A DNA stretch of 51,617 nucleotides from the NCBI GenBank assembly GCA_018398765.1, contig JAHBMJ010000263.1, forward strand, positions 1 through 51,617. Reading direction: 5' to 3'. Below are positions 26,501 to 38,398 of the stretch, one piece after another (the first letter of the stretch is position 1; every line of letters begins with the position of its first letter). Below the pieces are notes generated by a model that was not told where the DNA came from, searched no databases, and saw only the letters and a program-made list of their open reading frames with translations. This DNA is from Chromera velia. Taxonomy: Eukaryota. The position numbers were made by a program, and so were the translations under genes.

Positions 26501-28296
26501 TGTCTGTCTCCTTCCACCCCTTCCCACAACAAAGAGAGGACTGCATACAACGCACAGACCCCGAAAAGAAAACAAAATATCCCCCCAAGCAATTCATTCA
26601 TCGTGCGAGAGACCCGTGAGACTTTTGTTGGAGCCTCACTGGAATTCATTCGGATCTTCGTCTCCCCCCCCGCATAAATCACCAGACCGAGAATCCATCT
26701 TGTGTTCCGAAGAACGCACCCTCTGTACAGCAGGTTCTCTGCTCCTAGAGACACCTCCTTGTCCCCCCCCGAATTCTGATTTCCGTTCGCTTTCGGAGCC
26801 AGGAGAGACTCTGACACATGGCTGTTGGCACGGCTCCTCAGTCCTGGATTAATCACACAACTTCCCTTGAAGACAGTCACATCTGCATGCGGCTGTTCAG
26901 CCTGGACCAGATAGTCCAGCTGCCCTGCTGCGTGCAGGAGAATTGGGGAGGCCCACTCGGGCGCGTGAAAGTGATACACATCCTCCTCCTCCCCCCCTGC
27001 CCCTGTGCCTGTGGGACTCTGCCTCCCCGGCGCATCGCCTTCTACCACTACCTCATGTGCCTCTGGGATTGAGGGGAGCGGTTGGGCAGGAAACCCGCTC
27101 GGGGATGTCTCAGGACATCCACACAGTCTGAGAAACTCAGAATGCGTGATGGTTACCGCTTTTTTCATCTTCAAGTTGGTCTCCCCATCAAGGTTTGCTG
27201 TGTCGATGAACGCCACTCCCTCGTCCACCTCCGCAGAGGACAGACAGAGAACGTCGGCAGGAACAGTCTCGTCGTTACGGAGAAGAACTAGATCCCCCAC
27301 ACGCATCGAGGCTCTCGGTACATCCTCCCAGCAGGCGCTGCTGAAGTCATACCTCCGCGTTCTGGCCATGTTCTCTTTTTGGTCCTGCTTTCTTCTTCTC
27401 CAGTCCTGCAGAGGATTCAGTTCGGGGGGGGAAATGCGGGAAAGCTCTTCTTTCTAGTCCTGTGTTCTCCTGATGCTCTCACAGTGAGAAATACAAAACA
27501 GAGCCCGCTCATGTATACTTGCTTTTGATCTACTTCCTCAAAACTGAAAGGACAGACAACCCTAAACTTGCTTTTGATCTACTTCCTCGGAACTGAAAAC
27601 ACAGACAACCCTAAACTTGCTTTTGATCTACTTCCTCAAAACTGAAAGCACAGACAACCCTAAACTTGCTTTTGATCCACTTCCTCGGAACTGAAAGCAC
27701 AGACAACCCTAAACTTGCTTTTGATCCACTTCCTCGGAACTGAAAGCACAGACAACCCTAAACTTGCTTTTGATCTACTTCCTCAAAACTGAAAGGACAG
27801 ACAACCCTAAACTTGCTTTTGATCTACTTCCTCAAAACTGAAAGGACAGACAACCCTGAACTTGCTTTTGATCTACTTCCTCAAAACTGAAAGCAAAGAC
27901 CTCCCTCAACTTTTCCCTCTGCAATGTCAATCTTCTTTCTGTATGAACTTGAACCCACACACCCACACACCGAAGAACCCAACCGGAACACTGACTTCAT
28001 ATCCATCTTTGAGGACTGCGAAGAGCACCACAAACCCAAACGTCGCTGCCTGAGAGGCCGGGTGCTGCAGAACAACCATGCAGAGACAGACAGGCAGTAT
28101 GAAAACAGTGAGCGATCTGTGCACAAAGAAACACCAGACGATTTACACACATATACGTGTTTTTGTAAGGATTGACGTACAGAAAGAGTGGGCTACTCCA
28201 GTCTGAAGATCAGCCAAGGCAGCTTGAGTGCTCTCTTCGGCACTTTATTCCTTTGCTCAGTGAAAGCCAGAAGGAAAGAAAGAAAAAAGACAGACG

Positions 28297-28332
<36 letters not shown>

Positions 28333-28753
28333 GTGAATGGCAGCACAGAGGCAGTCGGGGCTGCAGAATCCTCTCGCGAGGAAGCTTTCTTGTCTTTCAA
28401 AGTACTCCCAATGCTGCGAAAGGACGCTGTTTGTCCTGGAGTGTTGCAGGCTTTCTACCTTCCTTTCTGCAGAGAGTCTTGCGGGACATGGGTCGCTGTC
28501 TGCCTGGAAGAATCCGTCTACGTTCTTTTGGTCTCTCTCTTTTTATTTTTGCTTTCGTCCTTTCACCCTCTCCTCTGACCTTTGGGGAGAAGGGAAGGAA
28601 GGTAAGGACTGTAATGACAAGAAAGTAGATGTTCGCACTTCTTCTGAACTGGTAGAAGAGTGAAGTCGGAATCCATGTCAGTAAGGTGTACCTGCGGATT
28701 CAAATTAATCCACACCATACATACGCATATGATGTGTATATATATATGTATAC

Positions 28754-28784
<31 letters not shown>

Positions 28785-28789
28785 CGCGC

Positions 28790-28835
<46 letters not shown>

Positions 28836-29233
28836 GTAAGTAAGTAAGAGAGAGAGAGAGAGAGAGAGAGTATGTGCGTGTGTGTGTGTGTGTGTGCACC
28901 AAGAGTAAAGCAAGGGACGGCAGACTACACAGACACTGTCCAAAAGAAAGTTGGTTCTCTCCATCCGCATGACCATGAGTTTTGTGTGGGTCGCTTCGGC
29001 ATACAGATGTATACAAATACATGCACTCACTTGGTGGTTCGAACGTCGTTTCTGTGGACGACAATTGTTTCATTCAGTTGTGATTGCCTTCTCCTCATGT
29101 TCCTCTTTGGTTTGGCCTCCTTTCCCAGTCGCGTTGGGTGATTTGGCCGCCTCGGGTATATGATGCGGTTCGCTGTGGGGGAATTCTGGGTGGCACCCGA
29201 CCCCCCCTCCTGCTGCGAAGCCTGGCCGCTCAT
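17259..29233 (-). CDS. P4-type ATPase (phospholipid flippase), >15 exons
   Basis: Exons 29233-29031, 28691-28580, 28064-27996, 27405-26429, 26038-25836, 25531-24920, 24570-24356, 24006-23962, 23698-23614, 23240-23159, 22935-22563, 22413-22168, 21874-21782 and 21505-21280. Less well resolved TM exons follow (~20770-19630), then a long low-complexity last exon ending at TGA 17259. Motifs: [93 protein letters not shown]. Confidence 0.92.
25781..25855. repeat. Tandem duplication (37-nt offset) of the DKTG exon end and its splice donor
   Basis: AACATCTGA(CTGA)CTGACCTGTCTTATCAGAGAAGAGG occurs at 25781-25818 and 25822-25855. Confidence 0.9.
27517..27905. repeat. 49-bp minisatellite (~8 copies) in P4-ATPase intron 3
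   Basis: Units start at 27517, 27566, 27615, 27664, 27713, 27762, 27811 and 27860. Consensus ACTTGCTTTTGATCYACTTCCTCRRAACTGAAAGSACAGACAACCCTAA. Confidence 0.95.
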
Positions 29234-30530
29234 GGACCTTGATTGCTGGTGTTAGTGACTGGTCCAGATAGCGGATTAGATTCCGATCAATTGATGCTCT
29301 ATGATCACAGCAGCTCGATCAGGACGTGTGAAGCAATCGGATCATGTGATCAGATGCATGAAATTCCATGTGTAGGGGTGGAGAAGCTTTAGATGCAAGA
29401 ACCCATTCAGGTGGACTGGGACTCATGCAGACCGTATGTAGGGGCTCGACTGATCCAGAAAGAGTGTCTACATGATTCTTGTGATCGAGCTAGCTGATCA
29501 GATGAGAGAAGGGTCCTTCTTCTCGGGTATTGTGAGATCAGCTGCATGGCTGGAACACTCGAGAAGTTCGAAGAAACCTATATATCAATATATTAATATA
29601 TATAGCTCGACCGACCATGCATGCAAACTGAAGAATGAATGAATGCATGCATATGCACGCGCGTTCGCGCCGCGGGACCTCGATCAGCATGCATGCAGTC
29701 GCGCGATCGAGTGCGCGCTCCTCTGCATTCGCAAAGCGATATACTTTTTGCGCCATATATTTTCGCAGCCGATTGTGGAGAGCCGATTTTCTTTCGTACG
29801 CGCGCGTCTAGCTGCTTGCATATATATACGGGATACACCCAACCAGTTGGGTGAGTGCCTCGGGGGGCCATTTAGGGGGTCAGCCATAATTTGATTGCAT
29901 GATGAAAACCATCAGGGGCTTGGGCATGTCTTGCCTGCAATGCATGCGTGGGCAAATGGCGGGGGCCACGGCAACGTGCGCAAAATATGCTTTTCGGGAC
30001 CGCGCATGAACACATATATGCAATTAACTCCGTGCGAGTTACTTGAGGGGCACGTATCATGAAGAGCAAAGTATATGTATCGATCGATGCATGCAAGAAT
30101 ACCCGATTAATTATATAGTGGAAATGACGCACGCGCAGTGACGCACGCACGTCGAGATCCGATTTCTGCTACATATTTAAGCGTTACATCGATCTCCCCC
30201 CCAAAATTTGAAGAGCGCAATATGCGACTGCATGCGTTCTCAGGGCCTCTCGGCTGAGCCCAGCAAAGCTGAGCTGCCCCCTGAGGCGATGCGCATATAT
30301 GCATGCAAAAATATATATATAGCTAGCAAGCTATAGCTGCATGCTGCATGTCATCGATCCATGAGACATATGCAGTTTGCATGACGTCTTTGATGCATGG
30401 GTCCCGCGACCAGGTTCTGCTGTGTATCCGGTGACCCACTTCTCACAAAGCTCAAGGGAATCAACACGAACAGTTCACTTGACGTTGCCATCCTACTTGC
30501 TCTACTACCAGTACCCCTTTCTACGAGTCC
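29234..30530. promoter_or_regulatory. Divergent intergenic region dense in TGCATGC(A), GATC, ATCGAT and CGCG palindromes
   Basis: Lies between the divergent starts of the P4-ATPase (29233) and the His-rich gene (30626). TGCATGC copies occur near 29618, 29645, 29690, 29941, 30088, 30229, 30300 and 30338. Confidence 0.55.
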
Positions 30531-30625
30531 AACAGTCAGTTGCAACTGAGAGAGAGTGCCCGCAACACGTTGAAGTCCGCTGCCCCTCTTGCTTGTACAC
30601 CCGTGACTTGCCTCTCTCTGCAGAA

Positions 30626-31019
30626 ATGTCTTCCTGCGGCCTGAAAGGAACTCACCACCACCACGTGGAGCACGTGTGCCACGGGGACCACTGTCACGAA
30701 ATTGAGAGCTGCCACCTCCCGGTAAGTTGTTGCGCCTCCCTTGAATATCTTGGACCCCGTGACTCGATCATATGTTGTTTGGCTGTCGCGTCTACGCTTC
30801 TCGCATTTGGGGCTCCGCATTATTAAATGTCGATTCTGTACTCTGCGCCAATGTGGATACTTGCAGGCTGCACGCGCATGCGGTCCCTGTCACCACCGCA
30901 ATCACTGCGCTCACCATCACCACCACCGCGCCCACCACCACCACCACCACCCCTACTGCAGCGGCCACCACCATCACCACCACCACACAGTGGTCAGCAG
31001 ATGGCCAGTTCTTGCTTAA
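30626..31019 (+). CDS. Small His/Cys-rich protein (82 aa), 2 coding exons
   Basis: ATG 30626; exon 1 30626-30721; GTAAGT...TTGCAG intron 30722-30866; exon 2 30867-31019 (TAA); phase 0 join. Product MSSCGLKGTHHHHVEHVCHGDHCHEIESCHLP-AARACGPCHHRNHCAHHHHHRAHHHHHHPYCSGHHHHHHHTVVSRWPVLA. A 5'-UTR intron at 30535-30623 is probable. Confidence 0.7.
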
Positions 31020-32731
31020 CAAGCTGAAATCTTTTGCTTCGTGTCATTTTCGGTTTCATTTCTCTTCCAGTCGTTCAAACCAATCCGTGAGGAAAAGTGT
31101 CTGACCTTTATATACTTGTTGTGCGTCTCCCCATGCATCGGACTGTCGCTGTTTCTGTACCCCCTTTTCGCTTTTTCTGTGTTGCACTGCAGTCTTCATC
31201 TCTCTCCGGAAGCCCGACGTACACTCTCCATCGCCCTCACTGCTCCCATCTTCGGATGAACTGAACCAGCCAACAGGGAAATTGTCTGGCTTGTCGATGA
31301 ATCACGGAACTAGTCTGTACAATCGTTTAAAGGTTCATGTACGTGGTGAGGGCAGGAGGTAGTCAGGATTGTCGGGCAGAGCAGGTTGGAAGTGGATAGA
31401 GGGGGCATGTAGAGCAAAGTCGTTTGTGTGTGCCATCCGGAACTGGGCCCTTCCTCCGTTCTTCCTTCTAGTGACGCAAGAGGGGGAAGGGAGGAAAGGA
31501 AGAACAAGAACTTCTCACTCAACTCGGATGAGGAAGGGAACTCGTGAGCATAGAAAGAATGAATCAGCACTCTGTAGGGTCCAGCTTCATGGTTTTCAAA
31601 AGGGCCAGGAAACGAAACACACAAAAAGTTTGAGGAGAAAATTTGTGCATCCACCCAAGCCCAAGTTCGAAAGAAGTTGGATTTGATCTGCAATGTCAAG
31701 GGCGCCCCAGCTGTCAAGTCTCTCTGTCTACCCACCAGGTTGGTGTCCGTATGGAAGGCCAAGGAGTCCCTCGGATACCCTGAAGGAAGATGGAGTGATT
31801 GACTGCATGCTCATGGGGGTGCTGTACATAAGACGACAAAGAAGGAGAATGGGAGGAAAAGGAGGAGAGGAGAAAATTTGAAAGGCAGCAGTGCAGAGGC
31901 GAGAGAAAGACGCAACTTGACAGAAACGCAGATCAGCCGTCTGCACCAGAGTCAAGAACAGTCGAGAGGAATGAAGGCAGACTGGAGAGCGGAGGGCGAT
32001 CATCCGGTTCGTCTCCACTCTCTGTGTGTGCGTTGCATGAATGGATGAATGCATGAATGAGGAGAATGAACAGTTTCAATTTAAAGCCTTGCTAGAAGAA
32101 TGCGTTGACTTCCAGCTGAGGACATGTGCGTGCTTGATGTGGTCGAAGGACTTGAATCGGTGGAAGGAAAAGGAATTCAAGTTTGATGGATGTATGGAGG
32201 GAGGACCTGAATGTCTGCACGAATGCAAATAAAGTAGTCTTCATGCACCTGTGTGCCTGTCAATCCATGATGCATTGGTCCTGTGTCCAAAAATCGTGGC
32301 ATTTCATGAGCATGCATGCATGCGCGTGGCTCTATCAATCAAACCAGCATGTCGTAGGTCCAGCAAGACGGCTGATCGATCATGGAGCAAGCCGAGCCAA
32401 AGAGAGCATTCAGTCGGTCCGTCGGTTGGTCATGTTCATGTTCTCTACACGCGAACCACCTGTAACCACCATATCACAGGACCACAGGTGGATTCTCATT
32501 CTCGAAAAACTTTTTCCGAAAACGAAATGTATTGAGGGACCAGAACCATTGTATGCAATCGGAGCAGCAATCCTAGATGCAATCCAACTGGACTAATTCA
32601 TACTAATCCTATCAACATAGCGATTCAGACTGCCGATTTAATGCATCTCAAACCTAGTGTCAAACATTGTCAAACGTAGCAATATTTAGACTACAAAATT
32701 ATAGCTACAATGAAATAAAGTAGGAAATAAA

Positions 32732-32984
32732 CTAGGCTCGGATTCAATATATATTATATTTCAGACAAAACGCTAATATAATATAATGGAATATAATATA
32801 ATATAAACTTAATGTAATATAGGAGGATGAAGATTGGGTTGAAGGCCGGAGATGAGTCAGAGGGAAAAAAAGATAAATACAGCGTGAATTTATGTAGATG
32901 TTATATCATATTATATTATATTTATATTATTATATTAGGGGAACCCTAAAGATATATATATGTATATATTGAATCCAAGCCTAG
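32732..32984. mobile_element. MITE (non-autonomous DNA transposon), 253 bp, 22-bp TIRs, 8-bp TSD
   Basis: CTAGGCTCGGATTCAATATATA (32732-32753) matches the reverse complement of TATATATTGAATCCAAGCCTAG (32963-32984) at 21/22. GAAATAAA directly flanks both ends (32724-32731, 32985-32992). Confidence 0.8.
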
Positions 32985-33584
32985 GAAATAAATGTATTTT
33001 AATATAGTACTCTCTGTTACTAGTAAATAAATACTCATTAATGATTAATCTCTTTATTCAGCCAGGCGCCGGGTGTAGCGCCGGGTATGAGTCTACAGTG
33101 TGACTATAGCAATAAAACTTTTTGTATAAGGTAATAATACCATAATACACTATCAAGTAGAATTAATAGCTAGTTTTACCAGTTAAAACATAATTTGTTA
33201 CATAAACTGAACTATCTGAACACACGAAATTATATACTTAAATAACCTAGTAGTAAATAACAGTGATGTTGTGAGTGATGTAGCCTAGGACGTAGCTTGA
33301 GGAATATCTAGAACTAGGAATAGAGAGTAATTTAATCAGGAAATTCAATTTTTGTAAAAGACTGGATAATCTGTCTAGATCAGGAATCTGAGTCTTTAAA
33401 AACCATCTTAGCTTAGATCCTAGCCTGATTTTTAGAAATCCGAACCTATAGAATGTGAACATTTGTACTCAGGCTGGCAATTGTATTCAATGAATTAAAA
33501 CCTAAATTAAGATGCATGGTACTGAGTCCTACTGACTGGCAATAACAGCTATAGGCTGGCTATAAATTTGTAGTACGCTTTACT

Positions 33585-34249
33585 TTCGTTCGTTCCTTCC
33601 TTCCTTCCTTCCTTCCTTCCTTCCTTCCGTCCTTCCTTCCTTCCTTCCTTCCTTCCCTCCTTCCTTCCTTCCTTCCTTCCTTCCTTCTCCTGCCTCCTTC
33701 CTTTCTTCCCTTCCTTCTTCCGTTCTTGTCCCCGCCGGACTTCTCCTCTGAAACTCTCCCCATCTGTCGTCCCCCAGTGCGCCTTCCGCTCGTTTCTTTC
33801 TCTGATTCCTCCTAGGCTTCCTCTCCTCCTCTCGTTTTTTCCCTCTGCCAATCTCTTCCTTGGCCACCTCTTCTTCCTTCCTTTTGCTTCTCACGTTTGT
33901 TTGGGTTCTTTTTCCCTTCTTTTTTCTCTTCCTTCCTATTTTTCTTCCCTTGTTTCTGTTCCTCCGTCCTTCTGTTCGTTTCTTTCCCTGATTCTTCTCC
34001 TTTCTTCCTGTTTCTGCCTTCCTGACCTAGTTTCTGACAGGCTGGCGGACTGACGAACTTCACTGACGGAGTGGCAAACTCTAGGGCAGACTGACCTCAT
34101 CTATACAGGTAGGTTTTTCGGTCAGAGAAGAACCAAGCGACCACTGGACTCGTGCGTACCGCATCTCTTCGAGTCATTTTTCTTTCTTTTGTTTCCTCCT
34201 TCCCCCCTTCCGTCCTTCCTTCCTGTTTTTTCTGTTTTCTTTCTTTTTT

Positions 34250-34285
<36 letters not shown>

Positions 34286-34327
34286 TCCTTCTTTCCTTCT
34301 TTCCTTCTTTCCTTTTCTCTTTCTCTT

Positions 34328-34415
<88 letters not shown>

Positions 34416-34505
34416 TGTGTGTCTGTGTCTGTGTGTGCGTGTGTGTCTTTGTCTTTGTCTCTGTCTCTGTCTCTATCTCTGTCTCTGTCTCTATCTCTAT
34501 CTCTG

Positions 34506-34572
<67 letters not shown>

Positions 34573-34612
34573 GTATGTGTGCGTGCGTGTGTATGTGTGC
34601 GTGCGTGCCTGT
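33585..34612. repeat. Pyrimidine-rich and dinucleotide microsatellite blocks ((CCTT)n, (CTTT)n, (CT)n, (GT)n)
   Basis: Directly visible at ~33590-33720 and ~34190-34612. Confidence 0.9.
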
Positions 34613-34976
34613 GTGTTTTCACTTGGTGATTGTTCCCAACATATGTTTCAAATTACCTGCATGGTTCACCGTATTTTCTGTGTCGGTCGGTCGGTTGTCT
34701 GGTCTCGCTGTGCAGCTGTCTGTCGGTCTGCCTGTCTCTCTCTCTAATTGTACCAAAAGAAGGTCCTCGGAATCCATTGACATACACATAGAATTGACAA
34801 ATGTACTGTGTTCTTCGTTTGGTTGCTCGTGGTCAGAAGACAGTGCTCGCTTCTAGTGCTTCTGTTGTCAATCGACGATGCTTCTTCCTTCCCATCTCCG
34901 GATGACAAGAAGGGAGACAGTCAGTTCACTCATCACTCACTCACTCACTCACTCACTCACTCACTCACTCACTCAC

Positions 34977-36073
34977 TCACCAGCAACAGAACCCCCCATC
35001 TGCAATCAGATTGAGGCCAGTACAGAAGGAAGAAGCCTCACTCGCAAGAAAAATTGCTGGGCCCACGATCTCATTTGGGTCTCCAAATCTCTTCATTGGG
35101 GTCTGGTCCTCAAACACCGGAATTTGTGGTGCAATCTCCGGCCGCACAGAGGGAGAATTCAAAGCTGTAGCCATGTACCCTGGACTCATGCAGTTCACAC
35201 GAATGTTCTGAGACGCCCACTCACATGCCATGCTCTTCGTCAAGTGAATCACCGCAGCCTTCGAGGAGTTGTAGTGACACTGACGTAGACCCCTGTTCAC
35301 AATCACCCCCGACATCGACGCAAGGTTAATAATCGAGCCCTTGCACTTATTCTTCATCATGGCCCGCGCCTGTGCTTGACAACAGAGAAAAACCCCCTTC
35401 AAATTAATGTCCAGAGTCTTCTGAAAAACCTCTTCACTCATCTCCTCTGCCGGACTGTCGTTTCCAATCCCCGCAGAGTTCACTCCAATCTGCAGCGGTC
35501 CCAATTCTCTCTCCGTCCTCTCTACTGCCCCCTCTATTGCCTTCTTATCTCGGACATCCGCAATAATAGAAATGCACTTCTGTCCTGTAGGCGCGATCAG
35601 AGCCTCGGTCCTCTTCAGCCCTCCGTCCGGACCGCTGTCTACCGAAATGTCCACCAACGCCACGGAGGCCCCGCTTTGCGCAAAGCCGAGTGCAATGCGC
35701 TGACCGAGACCGCTACCCGCCCCCGTGATGAACGCCACCTTCCCTACCAGACTGAAAAGCCCAGGCCCATTCAATTGGCCTGATGTGTCCGCTGTTTGGA
35801 GGTTCTCCTTCGTCTGTGCGCTGTCCTCAGCCTTCATTGGGCCTCTTGCTCCTTCACCCGCGTTCTCTTTGTTCACAGTCTCCTTGGAGCTGTGCAAGTC
35901 AATGCACCTGCGTATGTGCCGTCTCGGGTCTCCAACAGGGTGGAATCAGTGACCTCTCCGATATTTAAGCGGAAGAACGAGACGCCTACTTTCAGAGAGC
36001 AACCCGCATCTGATACGCGCTTGGCGTCTCAGAAGAGAGAATTAAGCAGTCAGTACGGGAGGAAAGGAGTCAT
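34977..36073 (-). CDS. Classical short-chain dehydrogenase/reductase, probably a polyol/sugar dehydrogenase
   Basis: Motifs TGAGSGLG, NSAG, ASMSG, YNSSK (YxxxK), IRVNCMSPG and DGGFCCW*. The catalytic domain is in one uninterrupted exon (35907-34977). The start is either a 17-nt exon 36073-36057 that splices in phase, or the in-frame ATG of MKAEDS near 35837. Confidence 0.9.
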
Positions 36074-36539
36074 GCACTCTGCTACACCTATGAAGTTGGA
36101 GAGGTTTAAGAAGCTCCATCGAAATCCTTCAGCAGAGAAGAGACTGTCCTCGGAGACGGCTGAGGTAGACGGGAAAAAGGAGACGGCTTGGCATTTAGCT
36201 CGGCACGGCTCTTGCATGCACGAATTTGCACTTTTGACTTGCCATGCATACATGCACCCTTCGATCCAAGTTGTCACTGCACTCCCCAACATTTCGTGAC
36301 AGTCATTACCCGCTCTTCGGTGAGTCAAAGAGACTGTACTCAAACGACTATGCAGTAGCCCATCAAAGACCCAGAGCGAACTGAAAGTGAGGGAAGTGGA
36401 CAAGCGTGAGAGACGGACAGCCGGAAGGAGCATTGTCGCGCAATAAACTCGGTCTTTCCAGTCCCTGCCTCTGTGTTCGGTCTGGCTGAAACTTGCAGAA
36501 AGAGAGGGCGAGAAGAGATACACCAAGACATTCTGTGCA

Positions 36540-38283
36540 ATGATAAAGAGTCTGGTGATCGTAAATAACCTGGGAAAGCCCAGACTGATGCGCTTTTACG
36601 ATGGGACGGTCAGTGTGTGGTTTGCCGTCTCCTTCTCCCCACATCTTTTTTCTGCCCCACACCCTTTGGTTTCTCTTTACTGTTTTTGTCCATTTTCTGC
36701 AGCCTCCTGAGAAGCAGCAGCACATGCTGAGAATTCTGTACGGAATTGTGTCGAAAAGATCAGACGACAACTGCTGTTGCTTCAGTGAGGACAAGGAGAC
36801 CTTCGGGGAGGACACAAAAATCGTCTACAGGTAACGAGAAGGCGGCAAAGAACGGGTGTCATTGTTGTGTCTTGACTGCGCACTTCCACCCCGCAGTCTC
36901 GAGTCTTTGCAAGGAAGATTAGCGCAAGAGGGTGGCTTGTGTTTACAGCATCGCAAAGACAGTACCATCTTATTTTCATCCTCGCCTGCTGATTGATGCA
37001 TTAACTCACGTAGTCCGTCTGTCAACTTTTCACTTGTTCCGGCCGAACACAGGAGAAGGTGTTTCCATATGTGGGGGTGTCACTTCCGTGGAGTGAGGGA
37101 GACTGAGTGCACTCCCCTTCTCGTAGTATCGGGTTTTGGACACTAGGGTGCCCCCTCCCCTGCAGGCACTACGCGACTCTTTTTTTCATTTTGGTTGTCG
37201 ACTCGGCAGAAAGCGAACTCGGAATTCTCGATCTGATCCAGGTGGGTGGGTGGGTGGGTGGGTTGGGCCTCCCTCTCTCTGTGTGTGGGGGGGTGGAGAG
37301 AAAAAAAGAGTGCATGCTCCTCCAGAAGTTTGGTGGCGATCCGACGAAAGAGAGAGATCACTGCTTTGGTGCGCGTCCTTTCGATTTTTTTTGGTCTCCC
37401 TCTTCTTTTTCTTTGAAAGAGCGGTAGGCATGGAGATCGATGCATGGAGAGCGAATCTACAGAAACCGAAAGAAGGTCTATGGAGAGCGCGGAAAAAGAG
37501 AGAGCTTCGTCCCCCCCCACCCCTCTCTCTCATCATGGACCGTTGTGAAACCGAGTCCGAAGAGGCAGGGAAGGCAATTTGATCGCGAAGGAAAAGTCTG
37601 AGGGAGGGAAGAAAATGATTTTTCTGTTTGCTCAAAAGGAATGGAACTGTACAGAAAGATAGATGAAGGGATGCCTCCTCATACAATGACTTACGAAGGG
37701 GGTGCATCGACAACAAGGCTGTATGTTAAGCTCTATCGAAGCATCTTTTCTCTCTTTCCTTTTGCTTTCCTCCATCTGATCGATCTCTTCTCTTTTGATC
37801 GTCGTCTTCGTCTTCACTTCTCTTCTGTCCATGCTTACCATCTTTTCTTTCTAGTCGTTTTCATGACCGCATTTGCAGCAACCCTCCTTAGTTCCTTCAT
37901 GCTCCTCTTTTTTCTTATTGGATGTAATTTTTGGTGCATTTCTCTGAATCTACCTCTTCTTCTTTGTCTCTCTCTTTCTCTCTCCCTCTCGGTCCCTGAA
38001 TCCATGGATCTCTCCATGCGCTTGCCTTTCCCTCCTCCCCATGTCATCACTCCCTCAGGTGTTCGTTCACGTCCTCGACCAGTGCTTTGAGAATGTGTGC
38101 GAACTAGACCTGGTCTATCACTTCGATAAGGTGGGTGAGTGCCTCGATATGTCTCGTGGGTGTGTCCTTTGGATCAGTTGAGGTGCTGACAAAGGCAGGG
38201 GAGGGAGACACAGTGGCAGATGGGCGACGCTTCTCGGAATGCGCTGTTCCCCCTCCTCTCCCTTCTCTGCCTTCCTCTGCACC

Positions 38284-38319
<36 letters not shown>

Positions 38320-38363
38320 CGCTCGCGTGTGTGTGTGTGTGTGTGTGTATGTGGTTGTGTGTT

Positions 38364-38398
<35 letters not shown>

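Noticed and set aside
27517..27905. CRISPR-like array
   Set aside because: Head-to-tail 49-bp units have no unique spacers, sit inside a eukaryotic intron, and have no cas genes nearby.
31300..32600. Possible small minus-strand exons (e.g. YPRDSLAFHTDTNL, IKSNFFRTWAW, FKSFDHIKHAHVLSW)
   Set aside because: Splice-like signals exist, but I could not assemble a phase-consistent model or recognise a family.
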